Shown in pieces: positions 47,325 to 62,752 of a DNA stretch of 64,000 nt (its first letter is position 1; the number at the start of each line of letters is the position of its first letter). A model generated the notes under the pieces. That model saw only the letters and a list, made by a program, of their open reading frames with translations, was not told the DNA's origin and did no database searches. A program made the translations under genes and the position numbers. The stretch comes from the human T2T-CHM13v2.0 reference genome, Homo sapiens. The stretch lies in assembly GCF_009914755.1 (NCBI RefSeq), contig NC_060937.1; one strand, written 5' to 3'.

Positions 47325-49159
47325 GGAAAGCTGTTTAACATATCGGAGCCTCTATTATTTCATGGTAAAACAAGAATAATAACTTCCTTATTGAATTAAT
47401 ATATGGGGAATGTCCATGCTTGCAGTTTTGCAAAACACATAGCATAGTGTGAAAAATGTACCTAATACTATTAATCTCCTGGAAACCTTGTGTGGCAATG
47501 AAATGAGCCATATTATGTCCTGTCAGGTTTAGGAATGAAGACAGATCTGCTGGGTTAGGTTGTAAGTGACAGTCTCAGAGCACAGCCAATCTGATTCTAA
47601 AATGAGCACATGAGGATGTAAGTATTCAAGACAGATCCACAACCAAAAAGTTAGTTCAAGACAAAGACTGCTGACTAGACTCAGTACTCAAGATCCAGCA
47701 TACCCACCCATTCTGGGAGAATGCAAGCAATCACCAGTACTTTACATGGATGGAATGCTCAGGTCAAGAAATTCCAACAGTAAGAATCCAGAACCTGGAA
47801 GTGAAAGTACAAAGCAGGTAGGTACACAGTCCTAGGGACTGAGTTCCCCACATCAATGCAGGATGAGGAGTAAGAGTGACTCAGTGTAAAATCAATGAAT
47901 AACATTATGCCCACCTACCTAGGGCCAGAAATGGTTCTAGAAACAAGATTAAGGCTAACTATAGGTGATAGCTAGATGGCTTCAGCTGATCTGATTAAAA
48001 CATTTAGAGGAAGAGAGTTAGTAAGCCTGAGGACTTCATTGGTAGCATCTTGAGTGAATCAAGACCTAGGGATACCTCCCTTTTATCTGTGGGTGTATTC
48101 ACTTTCTTCATGCATAGATCAGCATCTTTATAAAAGTGTGGTATTCATTTTAGGCAGCTCAGTTTGATTACCAATGGCCCCTCTTACTCAGTTGCATGTC
48201 AGGATCTATACAGGAGTCCAAGGACTAGATAGAATTATGGTTGAAATTAAATTTTGCTGCTGATGCCAATCAGTGAAAGGAGCTATTGATTAAGGATAGA
48301 ACAACCTCAGTGTTCCCAGTCATAGGCCTGGTCAGCACTTACTGCTCATGTTAGGATTTACCAGGTATAACAGGTATATCAGTCTGGGTCCCAACAGGAA
48401 ACAAAGAGAACACTCAAATCAGGACAGTTTAGGAGAGTTTAGAAGGGACTAAATACAAGGCAGGGTTAAGGGAACAACAAGAGATAGAATGAATTCAGAT
48501 AGCAGCTGAGCAACTACCTCTTGGGCCCAAAGGGAGGAGGAAAGGAAAAGTTATGGAGCCTGTAAGGAAAGAGAATCAGCCCTTGCAGGTGCCTTGAGAG
48601 GAGCAATGAGTGACCTTTGGAGAAGGACCATAACCAGCTTAAGGCAACCTCTCACTTTGGGGAAAGTGATCTTCTTGATCCCCTCTGACTAGATCCATCC
48701 TGAAGACAAAGGTCATGGTGCCATACAGGGTAGTAGCCTCTGGGGCTGACAGCAGAATGAAGGGTAGAGAGTGAATCTGGAGCAAACATAAGCTATCTGG
48801 CACCCCTGGGTTTCCAAAGCACAGTAGGATACCTTTCTTACTCCTCCAACCAATCCTTATCTCTTCTTCCTCAGGTTCTTCTTAAACATAGCCATCTGCC
48901 AAGGCTTCACTCTCAAAGGAGTCCCTTCAGAACTCTAGCTCCCTCTTGCTCTTACTCATGAATTTCATTCTCACCACTATGCATGATTCTTGGGAATGTA
49001 GCCCTACCTCTAATCTAATCCAACTACCTGCTCAGTAACAACCAGATGGCCGTTGGCACCTTAAAATCAACGGATCCCAAACCAGACCTATAATCTCCCA
49101 CTATCTCACCCCCAGACTGACTTCTCCTCCTAACTCATAACTCCTAACTTCTGTTAATA

Positions 49160-49333
49160 TTAGGTTGGTGCAAAAGTAATTGCAGTTTTTGCATTAAAAG
49201 TAATGCTGTGCTAACTAGACAAGTAAGAGGGAGTTATCAAAGGCTTTTTAAAGCACTGAGTTTTGGAGGTAGGTGATGTGGAAAAGCAGTTTCTCTGGGC
49301 CTCACGTCGTTACATGCAAAATGATTTGCACCA
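49160..49333. mobile_element. MADE1 mariner MITE, disrupted by an inserted sequence
   Basis: TTAGGTTGGTGCAAAAGTAATTGCAGTTTTTGCATTAAAAGTAATG (49160-49205) is the MADE1 left part; only TTTGCACCA (49325-49333) remains of the right arm. Confidence 0.75.
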
Positions 49334-49841
49334 TAATCCATCCAATTACTCATCATTGCAAGCTCAGCCATGCTTATCTGTGCTTTCCTTTTTCTTCCTC
49401 CTCCACTGATTGCAAAGTCCTATAGTTTTTCCTTCCCCTATGCTTTTCTAGTGTGGTCTAATCTTACACCTGTCCTAGTTATGGGCCTCTACCTTTTCCC
49501 TGGACAGTAGTAATAGATTTCTAAATGCTACCCTGGCTCCAATCCATTCTACACCTATTCCAGTGCACAAACATGTGTTTGTTGCACCAAGTTACCTCAC
49601 TGATACAGCCATACCTTTTGCCTCTGCCTCCTTGAAATGGGACATTTGAGGAGACGGAGCAATATATAAGATGAATCTTCAAAAAGCATGTTACTCCTTT
49701 CAACATGGAGCCTTTATAGTGTGTGTAGACTTAGAGAAGGAGTAGCACATCCCCCCATTTTGCATGTAACAACCAGAGGCCCAGAGAAACTGCTTGTCCA
49801 CAACATCTGCCTCCAAAACCCAGTGCTTTAAAAAGCCTTTG

Positions 49842-50147
<306 letters not shown>

Positions 50148-50459
50148 GCCTTTGATAACTCCCCGTTACCTGTCTAGTTAGAAGAACATTGGCTCTGCAG
50201 CTTGTCATTCTACACTATTTCCACAATGAGTTCCCAGCTCATGTTTTTAGTTATTTATCCTGCAGCCACCCTATATATACAGACTATCCTCTGCCTAAAG
50301 ACAGCATTCTGGAATACCACTTGTGTTTGTCCTCATTAATGTCTTTGCATATGCTTTCTCTTTGCTTGTATTGGCCTTCTCTCCCATCAATTCTTCAAAT
50401 TCTACCTGTTGAAAATCTATCCACTCTTCAAAGTATATACCATGGCACTTTTCCTTTAA

Positions 50460-50779
<320 letters not shown>

Positions 50780-51048
50780 CCTAAAATATCTTTCATAAAA
50801 CCTTTCTGGATTTTCTTTGACCAAATATGATATTTTCCTCCTTTGAGTCTCTAAAAAACTTTCAGCACTGTTATTTTACCCTGATCTTTAGAGTATTCAT
50901 ATTTCTTGTCTTAGCCCTGTATAATATTATAATCTTCTTATAAGCATGGCTTATGTTACCTTCTTCAACTGTATATTTCCTATAGTATTAGTGCAGCGTA
51001 TTTTACAGAAATATTTTTAATTCCTCAACCATTTAAAACCGTGGACTT

Positions 51049-51425
<377 letters not shown>

Positions 51426-51677
51426 TCATGTGTAATCCACTTGGCAGGAAGGGGTAAGGTTTTCTTTTTAGTGTTGGTCTCTTGTTTACTAAAATGACGA
51501 TATTTAGGAGAGCATGTCCCATTCCTCTGATTCCATACCATCTTCCTTATCCAGTTGGTAGGAGATAAAAAACAACTAGTCTAGTCTATTTTGTAAGTGA
51601 AGTCTCTTTTCTAGTTAAATATTGTGTGCAATATATTTTGAAGTAATGAATGAGTAATCAAAAGATTTCATACATAT

Positions 51678-52170
51678 TGTCTTAGTCTCTTTGTGCTGCT
51701 GTAACAAAATACATGAGACTGGGTGACTTACAAAGAACAGAAATCTATGGGTCACACTTCTAGAGGCTGGAGGTCCAAGATCAAACTCAGTTAGATGGTA
51801 CCTTGTTGCTGCATCCTCCAAAGGGGAGGAACACTGTGTCCTCATGTGACAGAAGGAATGGAAGGGCAAGAGAGAGACCAGACTCCCTCTGGCAAGCCCT
51901 TTTTATAAGCGTTAATCTATTCATGAGGATAGATCCCTCATGGCCTAAATAACTCCCACACAAACAATATTAAAGTATAACTTTAAGCAGCTCAAGGTCA
52001 ACATGGCAGTTTTACAATGTCTGGGACCCAGGCTCTTGCTGTCTTATTGCTCTGCCATCCCAGGGTGTGGCATCCTTGTCACCTCCTAAAGGCCCTACCT
52101 GCCAACACTATTGCATTGGGGATCAAATTCCCAACACATGAATTTAGGGGGGCAAATTCAGACCACAGAA
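51678..52170 (-). mobile_element. MLT1A/MST-type MaLR LTR
   Basis: TGTCTTAGTC..GCTGCTGTAACAAAATAC at left; ..CAACACATGAATTTAGGGGG..ATTCAGACCACAG at right. Confidence 0.72.
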
Positions 52171-52624
52171 CATATAATGACTGGTATTAGGCATGCTTTC
52201 TGTCTCATTGGATATATTTCTGCTGTAATCCTACCTCTGCTACTACCTATCCAGAGGACCTTGGGAAAGTCATTTAATTTCTCTGAATTCTAGAGAGTAT
52301 GTACTAGGTCTATATTTTCAAGATTTTCTTTTGAGATGAAGAATTCTTTCATCAAAAACAAAAAAAATTACTTATTTGGACATGCACTATGTGAAACTGA
52401 TGAAATCAGAGTTGATGTAGTTTTGTTGAAAACTGAGGAGGGAGTTTGAAAAATGAGGTGTGAAAAACTGTAGACAAAGTGACCTCAAGAGTTCATTTAT
52501 GTCTAACTGCTCCATTAACTGTTTTATCAAAGAATACAATCAGGGCTAGAAGAATCAAACTAGTACTGACTGGGAGGGGTTTCTAAAATGGTAACTGATC
52601 AAGGGCTTTAACATTAAGAGGCAG

Positions 52625-53425
52625 ATAACACTTCATACTCATTAGGATGGCTGTTATTAAAAAAATAATAATAACAAATGTTGGTATGCATATGGAGAAA
52701 TTAGAATCCTTGTGCGTTGTTGGTGGGAACATAAAATGGGGCAGGCACTGTGGAAAACAATATGGTGGCCCTCAAAAATTAAATATAGAATTACCAAATG
52801 ATCTAGCAATTTTACTTCTAGGTATACACCCAAAAGAATGGAAAGTAGGGACTTGAGCAGGTATTTGTATACACTATTACAGAATTATTAAAGCAGCGTC
52901 ATTTATAAAAGCCAAAAGTTAGAAGATACCCGAGTATCCTCTGACAGAAGTATGGATACATAATATGTGGTATTCATGCAATAAATTTTTTTTTCTTCAA
53001 CTTAAATTTTAAGTTCAGGGGTACATGTGCAGGATGTGCAGGTTTGTTACATAGGTAAACGTGTGTCATGGTGGTTTCCTGCACCTATCAACCCATCACC
53101 TAGGTATCAAGCCCAGCATGCCTTAGCTATTTTTCCTGATGCTCTCCCTCCCCCCACCCCACCCCCAAAAGGCCCCAGTGTGTGTTGTTTCCCCCTACAT
53201 GTGCCCCTGTGTTCTCATCATTCAGCTCCCACTTATAAGTAAGAACATGCAGTGTTTGCTTTTCTGTTCCTGCGTTACTTTGCTGAGGATAATGGCTTCC
53301 TACTCCATCCATGTCCCTGCAAAGGTTGAACTAATTTACACTTCCACCAACAGTGTAAATTAGTTACTTTTTCTCCACAACTTTGCCAGCCTCTGTTATT
53401 TTTTGACTTTTTAATAATAGCCATG
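52625..53425. mobile_element. Abutting L1 fragments: sense L1M piece (about 52625-52982) and antisense L1PA 3' end (about 52985-53425)
   Basis: The first resembles 7280-7620. The second resembles 43190-43490 and jumps at about 53325 into ORF2 3' sequence (internal deletion). Confidence 0.8.
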
Positions 53426-53429
53426 GCAG

Positions 53430-53939
53430 AAATATGTTTCAAGACCTTCAGTGGATGCCTGAAACCTCAGATAGTACTGAACCTTATATATACCATGTCT
53501 TTTCCTCTACTACATACCTGTAATAAAGTTTAATCTATAAATTAGGCACAGTAAGAGATTAACAACAAATAATAATAACAGAACAATCATAATATGCCAG
53601 CATCACCACTCTTGCACTTTAGGACCATTATTAAGTAAAATAAGAGTTACTTGAACACAAGCACTGCTGTCCCACAACAGTTGATCTGATAACCAAGAAG
53701 GCTAAGTGACTGATGGGCAGGGAACATCTATAGTGTGGATCTTCTGGACAAAGAGAGAATTTACATCTTGGGTGGGACAGAGCAGGGCAGTGCAAAATTT
53801 CACCATGCTACTCAGAGTGGTGCACAATTCAAAAATTTATTGTTTATTTCTACAATTTTCCATTAATATTTTTGAACTGTTGTAGACCCCAGGTAATTGA
53901 AACCTCAGAAAATGAAACTGCAAATAACAGGGGCTACTG
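53430..53939. mobile_element. MER44-like (Tigger7-derived) DNA transposon
   Basis: CAGTGGATGCCTGAAACC..GATAGTACTGAACC..TAAATTAGGCACAGTAAGAGATTAAC; ends GGGGCTACTG|TA. Confidence 0.72.
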
Positions 53940-55129
53940 TATTCCCAATTTCACCTTGAGGTTTTATTAATGAACATCTTATCCTAACCAGGCTTTCTTC
54001 ATGAGTTAGACGAGGAGGAATGATCCAAACTAGGAAGGTTAGAAAAAAACACACGACTTTAGGCAAAGACAAATAGTTAAATATGAAAGTACACTAGGAC
54101 GTTCTTGTGGCAGGGATAGCTTGCAGTCAGATGAATTCAGAAAGTAGATCCACAATCAAGATGTAAATCCTAGATAGAAAGGTCCATTGAGAATATGAGT
54201 TCCTTTACCCAAAATAAACAGAAAGAGGTTAAGGATCCAGCAATAGGCATTGAGACCACAAAATTTTTTTTTTCTATCTAGAATGCATCTATTCCTTACG
54301 CTTAGAAATTTGTGACACAAAATAATGACTGTTAAAAGATATTCCATGATCTACTGTTATGATTAGAATTAGAGGTTAAAAGTTGCACAGTGAAGTTTGG
54401 GACTTCTGCATCCATGGTGGTGAGTCTGGAGCCAGTGGGAGGCTCCCATGTGAAGGCTGAGAATGGCATTAATAATAAGGAAATAAAGATAAGGTGTGGA
54501 TCCTTGTGAATCTTGAGTTCTGGATCATATTGGAAGTAGACTAGCCTGAACTATTCATTCAAGTCAACAATTCCATTTTTTGCTTAACCCATTTTGAGCT
54601 GAAATTTCTGTTTCTTGCAACCAAAAGACTTCTATGTTGTATAATCACTGATATAGCAAGCGATTTCTATATAGTTAGAACACTGCCACAAATTTTAGGG
54701 TAAAAAAACCTATATTCATCACATAAATATATAATATGTGTTTCTATAAATGGAAGATATATTTCACTGATTTTGTATCTTCTGTCAAATAGTGATATAG
54801 AATTGATGTTGACTTAAGTAGTAACCATGCTATATATGTATTTTTTATGTGGTTGACATAATTACTTATAAATGTTAGATCTGAAAGGGACTTTAATCCA
54901 ACTATCTTATTTTATACATGAGGAAACAAGATTCAGAGAAAATGAGTAAGTCTTCAAAGGTCATAAAGACAGTTCTAGAACCCAGGAGGTTTCTGGGTAT
55001 GTAGTTAAGACCTCTTTCCAGTACAGTGAATTAGTAGGACATGATTTGACTTACTTATATTTAAGTCAATGCTATAACATGCCACATATTATCTTAACAT
55101 TACAATGCATTAAATCAAATACCAAGTTG

Positions 55130-55488
55130 CAATGGCCAGTTTTAGGTGTCATTTGTCCCAAGTTATTCAATCAAACATGAATCTAGGATTTGCTGTGAAG
55201 GTATTTTGTAGATGTGTAACATCTACAGTTGACTTTAAGCAAGGGAGAATATCTTAGATAGTCTGGTTGTGAGTCAGTCAGTTGAAAAGTGTTAGCAGCA
55301 GAGCCAAGATTTCCCAGAAGAAGAAGAAATTCTGCTTATGGACTGCCTGCACCTTTCTGACAGCCTGCCCTATAAATTTCACACTTGTCTAGCCAGCCAC
55401 TGTAATCATGTAAGCCAATTCATTGTAATAAATCTCAATATATATATCCTATTGGTTGGCTTCTCTGATTAAACCCTGACTGACACAC
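55130..55488 (+). mobile_element. MLT2-type ERVL LTR (older, diverged)
   Basis: GCTGTGAAGGTATTTTGTAGATGTG..AGTTGACTTTAAG..ATATCCTATTGGTT..AACCCTGACTGA. Confidence 0.65.
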
Positions 55489-56802
55489 ACGAGTACTATA
55501 AAGTCATTTTAGTAAACTTTTTAAAGAAGAAATCATCAAGTAACATATTTTTAAGTATATTATGAATAATTATTAAAATTATAATTAACTATAATAGCTT
55601 TAATGAGCTTAAAGATATTATTCTACTATAGCACACCATGAATGATAATATTAAAAACTACTGAATTTACATTTATGCCCTGACTTCCATGCTCCTTTTT
55701 AAAAATAATGAATTTTAAGCCCTAGCCATATAATTCAGTAATTTTGATGAGAAAGACATCATCTCTTTTTATTTTTAAAAATAAGTTTCTTGAAATCTCG
55801 TCACTGGCCTGTGTTAATGTTCTCATTTTCCTTGTGGTGAATTTGTAATCTTTTCTAAACTCTCCATAAAAAGAAAAACTCATAGTCTTTCCTTAATGTT
55901 TCGATCTCATTTTCAGTGCCTTAATTTTACTTTCACTGTAAAATGAAATAGAATTGCTATGGTAAGCAATGGTGAATCTTTGATGCATTGCTTTTTTTTT
56001 CATTGACACTTTTAATTCTGTCTTAATAGAATCTGATTTCAAGCTCTGTTCTGTGGCCTACAGATATTCTAAGATGGTTTAAACAGTTTGGTTAAGCAAT
56101 AAATTTCAATATATTGATTACCTGAGTGTATGTATCTATTGATTAATTGTGAATGAATGACTTCCATACAGATTATGTTATTTCACATGCTCTTCACTTC
56201 TCTGAGTGAGTAGTTCTCAATTATCCATACTCAGAGAAAAAACAGTGGAATGAAAAATCCAAAGTGGCAGATCTTCCAAAAATTATTTACATTTGACCTC
56301 ATATTTAAACACATGTAATTAAACCAGGCAGACATTGTAAAGGGCCTGGAATAACACTTAGCATTTTACATATCTGTGGTTTTCAATCCTGGCTATGCAG
56401 CAAAATCAAATGTGGAAGTTTTAACATGCATGCCAAAGTCTTGCTCCCAGCGTTATTTGATTCAGTAGGTTTGGAGGGGAGCCTTGGCTTGAGAACTTGC
56501 TTGCTTTCCTCTTCCACAGGCTCAGCCAATTCATTGAGGCTCTTCATGTTACTCTGGAATCACAAAATGTAAGAATAAAAGGGGTAGAAAGTCCTGTTGT
56601 CCAACCACTTATTCAGTACTCAAGAACCCTAAGCAACAGCCTGAAGTGGTCACCCAGCCTTGCTTAAATCCCTCCAGTGACAGCAGATTAAATTCTTCCT
56701 AAGGCAATCTGACCCATTTCTGAAGATTGCTAGAATCTCCCTGAATTTTACATTCATACTTCCCTTTTCAGTCCCCAAGTTAGGATGCCTTACTGTCATT
56801 CT

Positions 56803-57219
56803 TTTGTTTTGTTTTTTGACTGTTACAAAAGTTTATTTACAAAAAGTTTAATATGAAAATACACATGACCCAATATTTACATCATAGCAAAACAGGCCCT
56901 TTGGAGAGGGGACATAAATGTCTCTCCTGAACACAGCCATTATATATCCTTGTTCCAAGATTTCTAACAAGATGACACCATTTCCTTATATCACCACCTT
57001 TCCAGTATTGCTCTGTTGCCCACCAGCTGCCATCTCCACACATTCATCCATTACAAGATTCATTAAGGGATCGAATCCCCTACAATATTCCTTGGACATG
57101 TCTGCCACCATTTAATTTCAGTGATAACGTCTTGCCCATAAATAATTTCAACATGGAAAGGTAAGCTTTGCTCATGGTGTCTACTCCATGGACTCACAGA
57201 GGTCTTGAAACAGAATTCC
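56803..57219 (-). pseudogene. SNRPG (Sm-G) processed pseudogene
   Basis: ATG at 57175 gives [31 protein letters not shown], versus [37 protein letters not shown]. Stop and frameshift follow, then decayed C-terminal codons. Intronless; AATAAA at 56837-56832; A-rich tail; perfect 15-bp TSD CCTTACTGTCATTCT (56788-56802, 57220-57234). Confidence 0.95.
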
Positions 57220-60054
57220 CCTTACTGTCATTCTATCACATATACTCCTAGTCTATCAACTGTTGCTGCAGGAAGTCACAAAAAAAGTATTGATTGGATC
57301 ATTCCATATCTGAGTTACCCACTATTGCTTGCCAATACTTGTAAATTCATATTTTTTTCTGCTTCTCAAATTCCCCGTAACAGCTGAACCAAAACTTTAT
57401 ATATTCTTAAACCCCATCCCCATTCCCACATTCCCAAAAGATGATCTCACCTCTCAGTTTTTTATGTTTGTTTAGAAGATTAAGACTATCTTTTTGTATT
57501 TGTCTTTTCCATCTCTACAATTGCCTATTTTCACCATTTAAGATGATACTTATGATGACCCTCTATTGTTAAGAAATGTTCCATATTTTTCCAACTCTTA
57601 ACAAATTCACTTATGTCCATCACAGTCTTTCATGCCTTGTATGGAACATTTTTCCAAAATTTGCCTATACTTTATTACATATTTACTCTTTTTCATTGCC
57701 CAAAATCCTACTTGGTTCTCCTGTATTTTAAAAACAAAATGAAAAAATTTTTTTCAGCCCTGACAACCACTCAATCTACTATTCTCTCTCCCTATTTTTT
57801 ACACAACATATTTCTAGGAGAAAAGATCCATTAATCTCTATTAGCTTCCTTGAGTTTCTCACTTCATGGTACACTGTCGTCTCCACCTCTGGCATGGTAT
57901 TGACTTTCTGCTGTACTACAATAGACTTTTCTCAGCCTCACCTTCTGTGACCTCTTCCCAGAATGTTACGTGCCTCCCCTTGATGTGATTTCTGCTTTCT
58001 CCGTCCTTTCTAGCCTTTGATATGCATTCCTGCTACAGCACCTAACCCCTTCTAAAGGGTGTTACAGTATCTGCTGCTTGTCTGATCTGTCCCATTAGAC
58101 AGGAGGCCATGTATAGCAGTGACTTACACAGAGAAGGCAATCTGTACATATTTGATGAACAACATTCAACATTTTAGAAATTTATAAGATTTTAAGTAAC
58201 AACGAAGCCACATAGTAAAAATATGTCTGGGTACCCAGCCTGCCTTTTTCCAATTTTCCCTCTCCTTGCTCCTCCTCACTTTCTTCTTCACATTAAAAAT
58301 AGCTTTTATAGCTGATAAAATTTATGTGAGAAACGAAGCTGAAGCCCAGCTTAACCTCCCTCAACTTTCTCTTTTTCTTTCTGAGGTAGAATACATTTAT
58401 TATTCATTAAATCATATTTGTGGGCATGTGTGTGTGTGTGTGTATACACATGTGATACATTCTTATAAAGGATTCTCACCAAACAAACTAAAACATAAAG
58501 CCTCCTGCCACTGACAGTTTGACAGGTATGTTTTAAGTTATTTCTTCTATGCAATTAGTACCTTCAAAAAAAAATGCAAGCCAAGATTTGCTATAAATAA
58601 TCCTGATCAGGATAATCAAACACTGTAGTCATGCAACTTCCTATTTTTCCTTCAGTTTGATTTATATCTGCCATGTTCTTTAGATACAGCTACTACTGTT
58701 TATTGCTGTTAATTCCTTGACACCAAATCTTTCTGAAGGGTGTGTATCATTTTCCATTTTTCCCAAATGTACGTTACAAATCTTTCCTCTAAGTGGGGAA
58801 ATTTATAGCAAACAAAAAATGTTGCATCTGTTCAAATTGTCAAAGAATTTCTGAAAGAATGGAAGTGAGTAAGTTTAGCTGAGCAACAACACCAAAATGA
58901 TAAATTCTGGGGAAAAATAATGACTTGGGAAAATGCAGATTACAATATATGGACAAAGTCTCAAAATGAGCTCTGTGACATGAATGCAGTATATAATTCG
59001 TTTTCAATCATAAATGGTTCATTTGCATAAGCACTTATTAAGTATCCAGCACTGTTCTAAGCACATTGCATGGATGATGGGATTCAATCTTCACTCCATC
59101 ACTAAGAGGCAGATACTGTCATTATTCACATTTTATCGATGAGAAAACTGTGCCCAAGTCACACTATTTGTAAGTAGTAGATCAAGTATTCAAACTCAGA
59201 TCTGTCTAACTTGAAAGCTCACTATTTCATTTCTTCAACAAATATTAATTGAACACCTACTCTGAGCCAGACATTGAGAAACAAACAGACAATGGTCACT
59301 GTCCACATGGAGTTTACAATCTAACAATGGAGAGAGGCATTAATCAGTTAGTAAAACAAATCATTATTTGGATTAAAATTGTCATACTCACCACAGGCAA
59401 AGGAATATTATGTGATCTATTCCAAACCTCTAGACAGTGACTGTTAGAGGTCCAATAAATTCGGATGAATATTGAATAAGATTGCTTTGAAAGTAAAATG
59501 TGGTGGACTTAACCCTGTCTTGGTGGAGGCCAGGGAAGGCTTCCTCAGAAGGTGACATTTAAGCTGAGACTTGAAAGATTATTTGAGCCGACAGGAGGTA
59601 GGAAAAGCTTGCAGGGAAAGGGTGTTTTAAGCTGTGTGCCTACAGTGCTTGGCAAGGAAGAACCTTGGCAGATAGAAGGATAGAAAGTAGACCAGTAAAG
59701 TGGAAGCATAGATGGCAGGTGAGCATGAGTACATAGGGCGGCCCAAGACAAACTGAGGAGGCAAGAAAGCTATGGTCACCCATAGGTACATGAGCCATAT
59801 AAAGATTCTCATCTTAATTTTAAAAGCAATATGTTGCCAGGAAAGGGTTTTAATAAGAAGAATGTCAGCAACAGATTTCCACTGATCACTGTAGCTAGAG
59901 TGCAGTCATTGACGAAATCAGTTACCAGTTGCAGCAGTTCAGACTTGGACAAGGATGCCAGCAGCAGAGAATAAGAGAAGTGAACAGATGAGTCTTGCTT
60001 AGGAGTTGAGTGTCTAGATATGAAGGGTAAGACAGAGTGATCAGTCAGGGTGCC

Positions 60055-60420
60055 TGTATTAGTTTTCTATTGCTGTGTAACAAGTTACTCCAAATGTAGC
60101 AACTTCAAACAACATCTATTATCTCACACAGTGTCTTCAAAGGTCAAGAAACTGGGAGCAGCTTACCTAGTTCTGGCTCAGTCTTTCAAGAGGTTGCAGT
60201 CAGCCTGTTGGCAGGTGTTGTAGTCATCTAAGTTCGGACTAGGGTTGGAGGAGCTGCTTTCAGTCTCGCTCACATGGTTGTTGCAGACCTTAGTTCCTTA
60301 CCATGTGGGTCTCTCCATGGGACTGATTGACACAGAAGCTGGCTTCCCCAAAGTGAGAATTCCAGAGAGACTCTGAGACAGGGAGGTGGTGGTAGGGAAT
60401 GGGGAGAGAGAGGGGGTGAG

Positions 60421-60469
<49 letters not shown>

Positions 60470-60650
60470 TGAACAAGAAGGAAGCTGCAGTGATTTTTAG
60501 GATCTAATCTCAGAAGTAACGCATCATCACTTCTGCCATATTCTACTGGTCACATTGACCAAGTCTGATACATTATGGGAGAGGACTACACAAGTTCATG
60601 AGTACCAGGAAAGATATCACTAGGGGCCACCTTGGAGGCTAGTTACCACC
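60055..60650 (-). mobile_element. MLT1-type MaLR LTR containing a (GA)n tract (about 60421-60466)
   Basis: TGTATTAGTTTTCTATTGCTGTGTAACAAGTTAC start; CATCACTTCTGCCATATTCTACTGGTCAC and GGGGCCACCTTGGAGGCT motifs. Confidence 0.72.
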
Positions 60651-61695
60651 ACCATGTGATGGCACTTTCAAATTAGGGTAATTTGTGAAATTTCTCATGC
60701 ACACGTGAGTGGATGTGTATGAACAGTTTGTTTTCTTACAAAGGGACAATTTACAAAGATATGTGCAGGGATTAGGCAGACCACAAAGGGATCATGCAAG
60801 TTCCTAGAGCTCGAAGGAGAAAGAATTGTGGAGTGCAGGGCCACCTTGAGAGGAGTCATGCTGGGAGACACACACACAGCTATGTGCTGGAGCCACCTCA
60901 TAGGACACATGAGAGCTGACTGCATCTTTTCCCAACTTGTATTCAATGATGTCACACTGGTAGCCTAAAATCGGTCATGGTGGGAATACGGTACCATGGT
61001 AATCAGCAAATACTGTAAACCAGAACTTTTTTTTTTTTTTTTGCAGAAAGCCAGTTAAACATTTACTAGCACACCACTAGGCATAGACAGACTGAAGCAA
61101 CCTCTTAAGGTGGTAGCTAAGAGAACTCACACCCAGACCCTACTCTCTCAAGGCAGAGGGAGGACGAAACTCAACCAGGAAGCCAGAGAACACAGGAGCC
61201 ACTCTACATGCTCTACACAAACCATCCCCTGGAAAAGATAGCAGGGTACAGACTAGAACCGCATAGTAAGGCTACCTATCATGAATGCACTCCTGCCTGG
61301 GTGACAGAATGGCTCTCCAGTGTCTTCTTCAAGCAAGTGTGTCGACAGTGATTCAAGTAACTGAAAGAGAAACCAACAAAGTATCATTTGTCGCAATATC
61401 TCAATTATTCTCTTTTAACCATCCTTATCACTCTTGATTTCCCACATCAGTGGGGGGAACTTTGGCAGACAATTGAAAATATCACGTTTTCCGGTCAGGT
61501 CAGTGAATGAGTTTTGCTTTGTTTTGGTTTTTATAAACAATGGAAACTGACCCTGGCTAAGTTAAGAGAGAAGAGAAAGATGTGGGACAGCTCCCAGAAT
61601 GAAAAAACAACCTGAAGAGTGAGACTCAGAAAGAGCAGCCCTGGGGTAGAAAGTGGTTGATGATCTCTTCAGAGCATCATTGTTGAAATCCTGGT

Positions 61696-61731
<36 letters not shown>

Positions 61732-62318
61732 GTCCTTGACTTACCCTGCTCAAGATACACTAGTCTAGAATAAAATTTGATTGGCCAACTCTCTTGGCAA
61801 GAAGCAAGTTTCCTTAACTAGCAGTCCCACTGGGACTGCCACAATGAGGAGCCATTAGTTCCCAACAAGCAACTCACAGTGCTCTTAGAAAGAGGAACAG
61901 GAGCTGGGAAGCCAAGGAGCAGCAAACGTCCTCAACAATCTGGGACACGACCTTGCTCCAAGGTCCCTCCTAAGTTGCAGGTGGAGGGGAGCAACATTCA
62001 GACCAGTAAACTGGAAGTAATTGAGAATTAGTTGTTCTTTTAAAATCTTCAGGCATAATGTCAATAATTCAGAATGCCATAGAATCTGACATTAGAAGAG
62101 TTAATGTTTAAAAATCAAAGGTATTAACTAAACATTGGAACTAAAATAAATAGGAAACTGGAAGAAAAGCTGAAATGTGCTCCTGTATAAAAGGAAAATC
62201 AAAGCCACTGTTGTGCCATATCTGATGACCACATAAGTATGTAAGCATTGTGAGTTTGTATGAGACTTTCTGGTACACATTGGTTGTAAATATGAGGTCA
62301 GAGAAAATTCTTGGCTTC

Positions 62319-62752
<434 letters not shown>

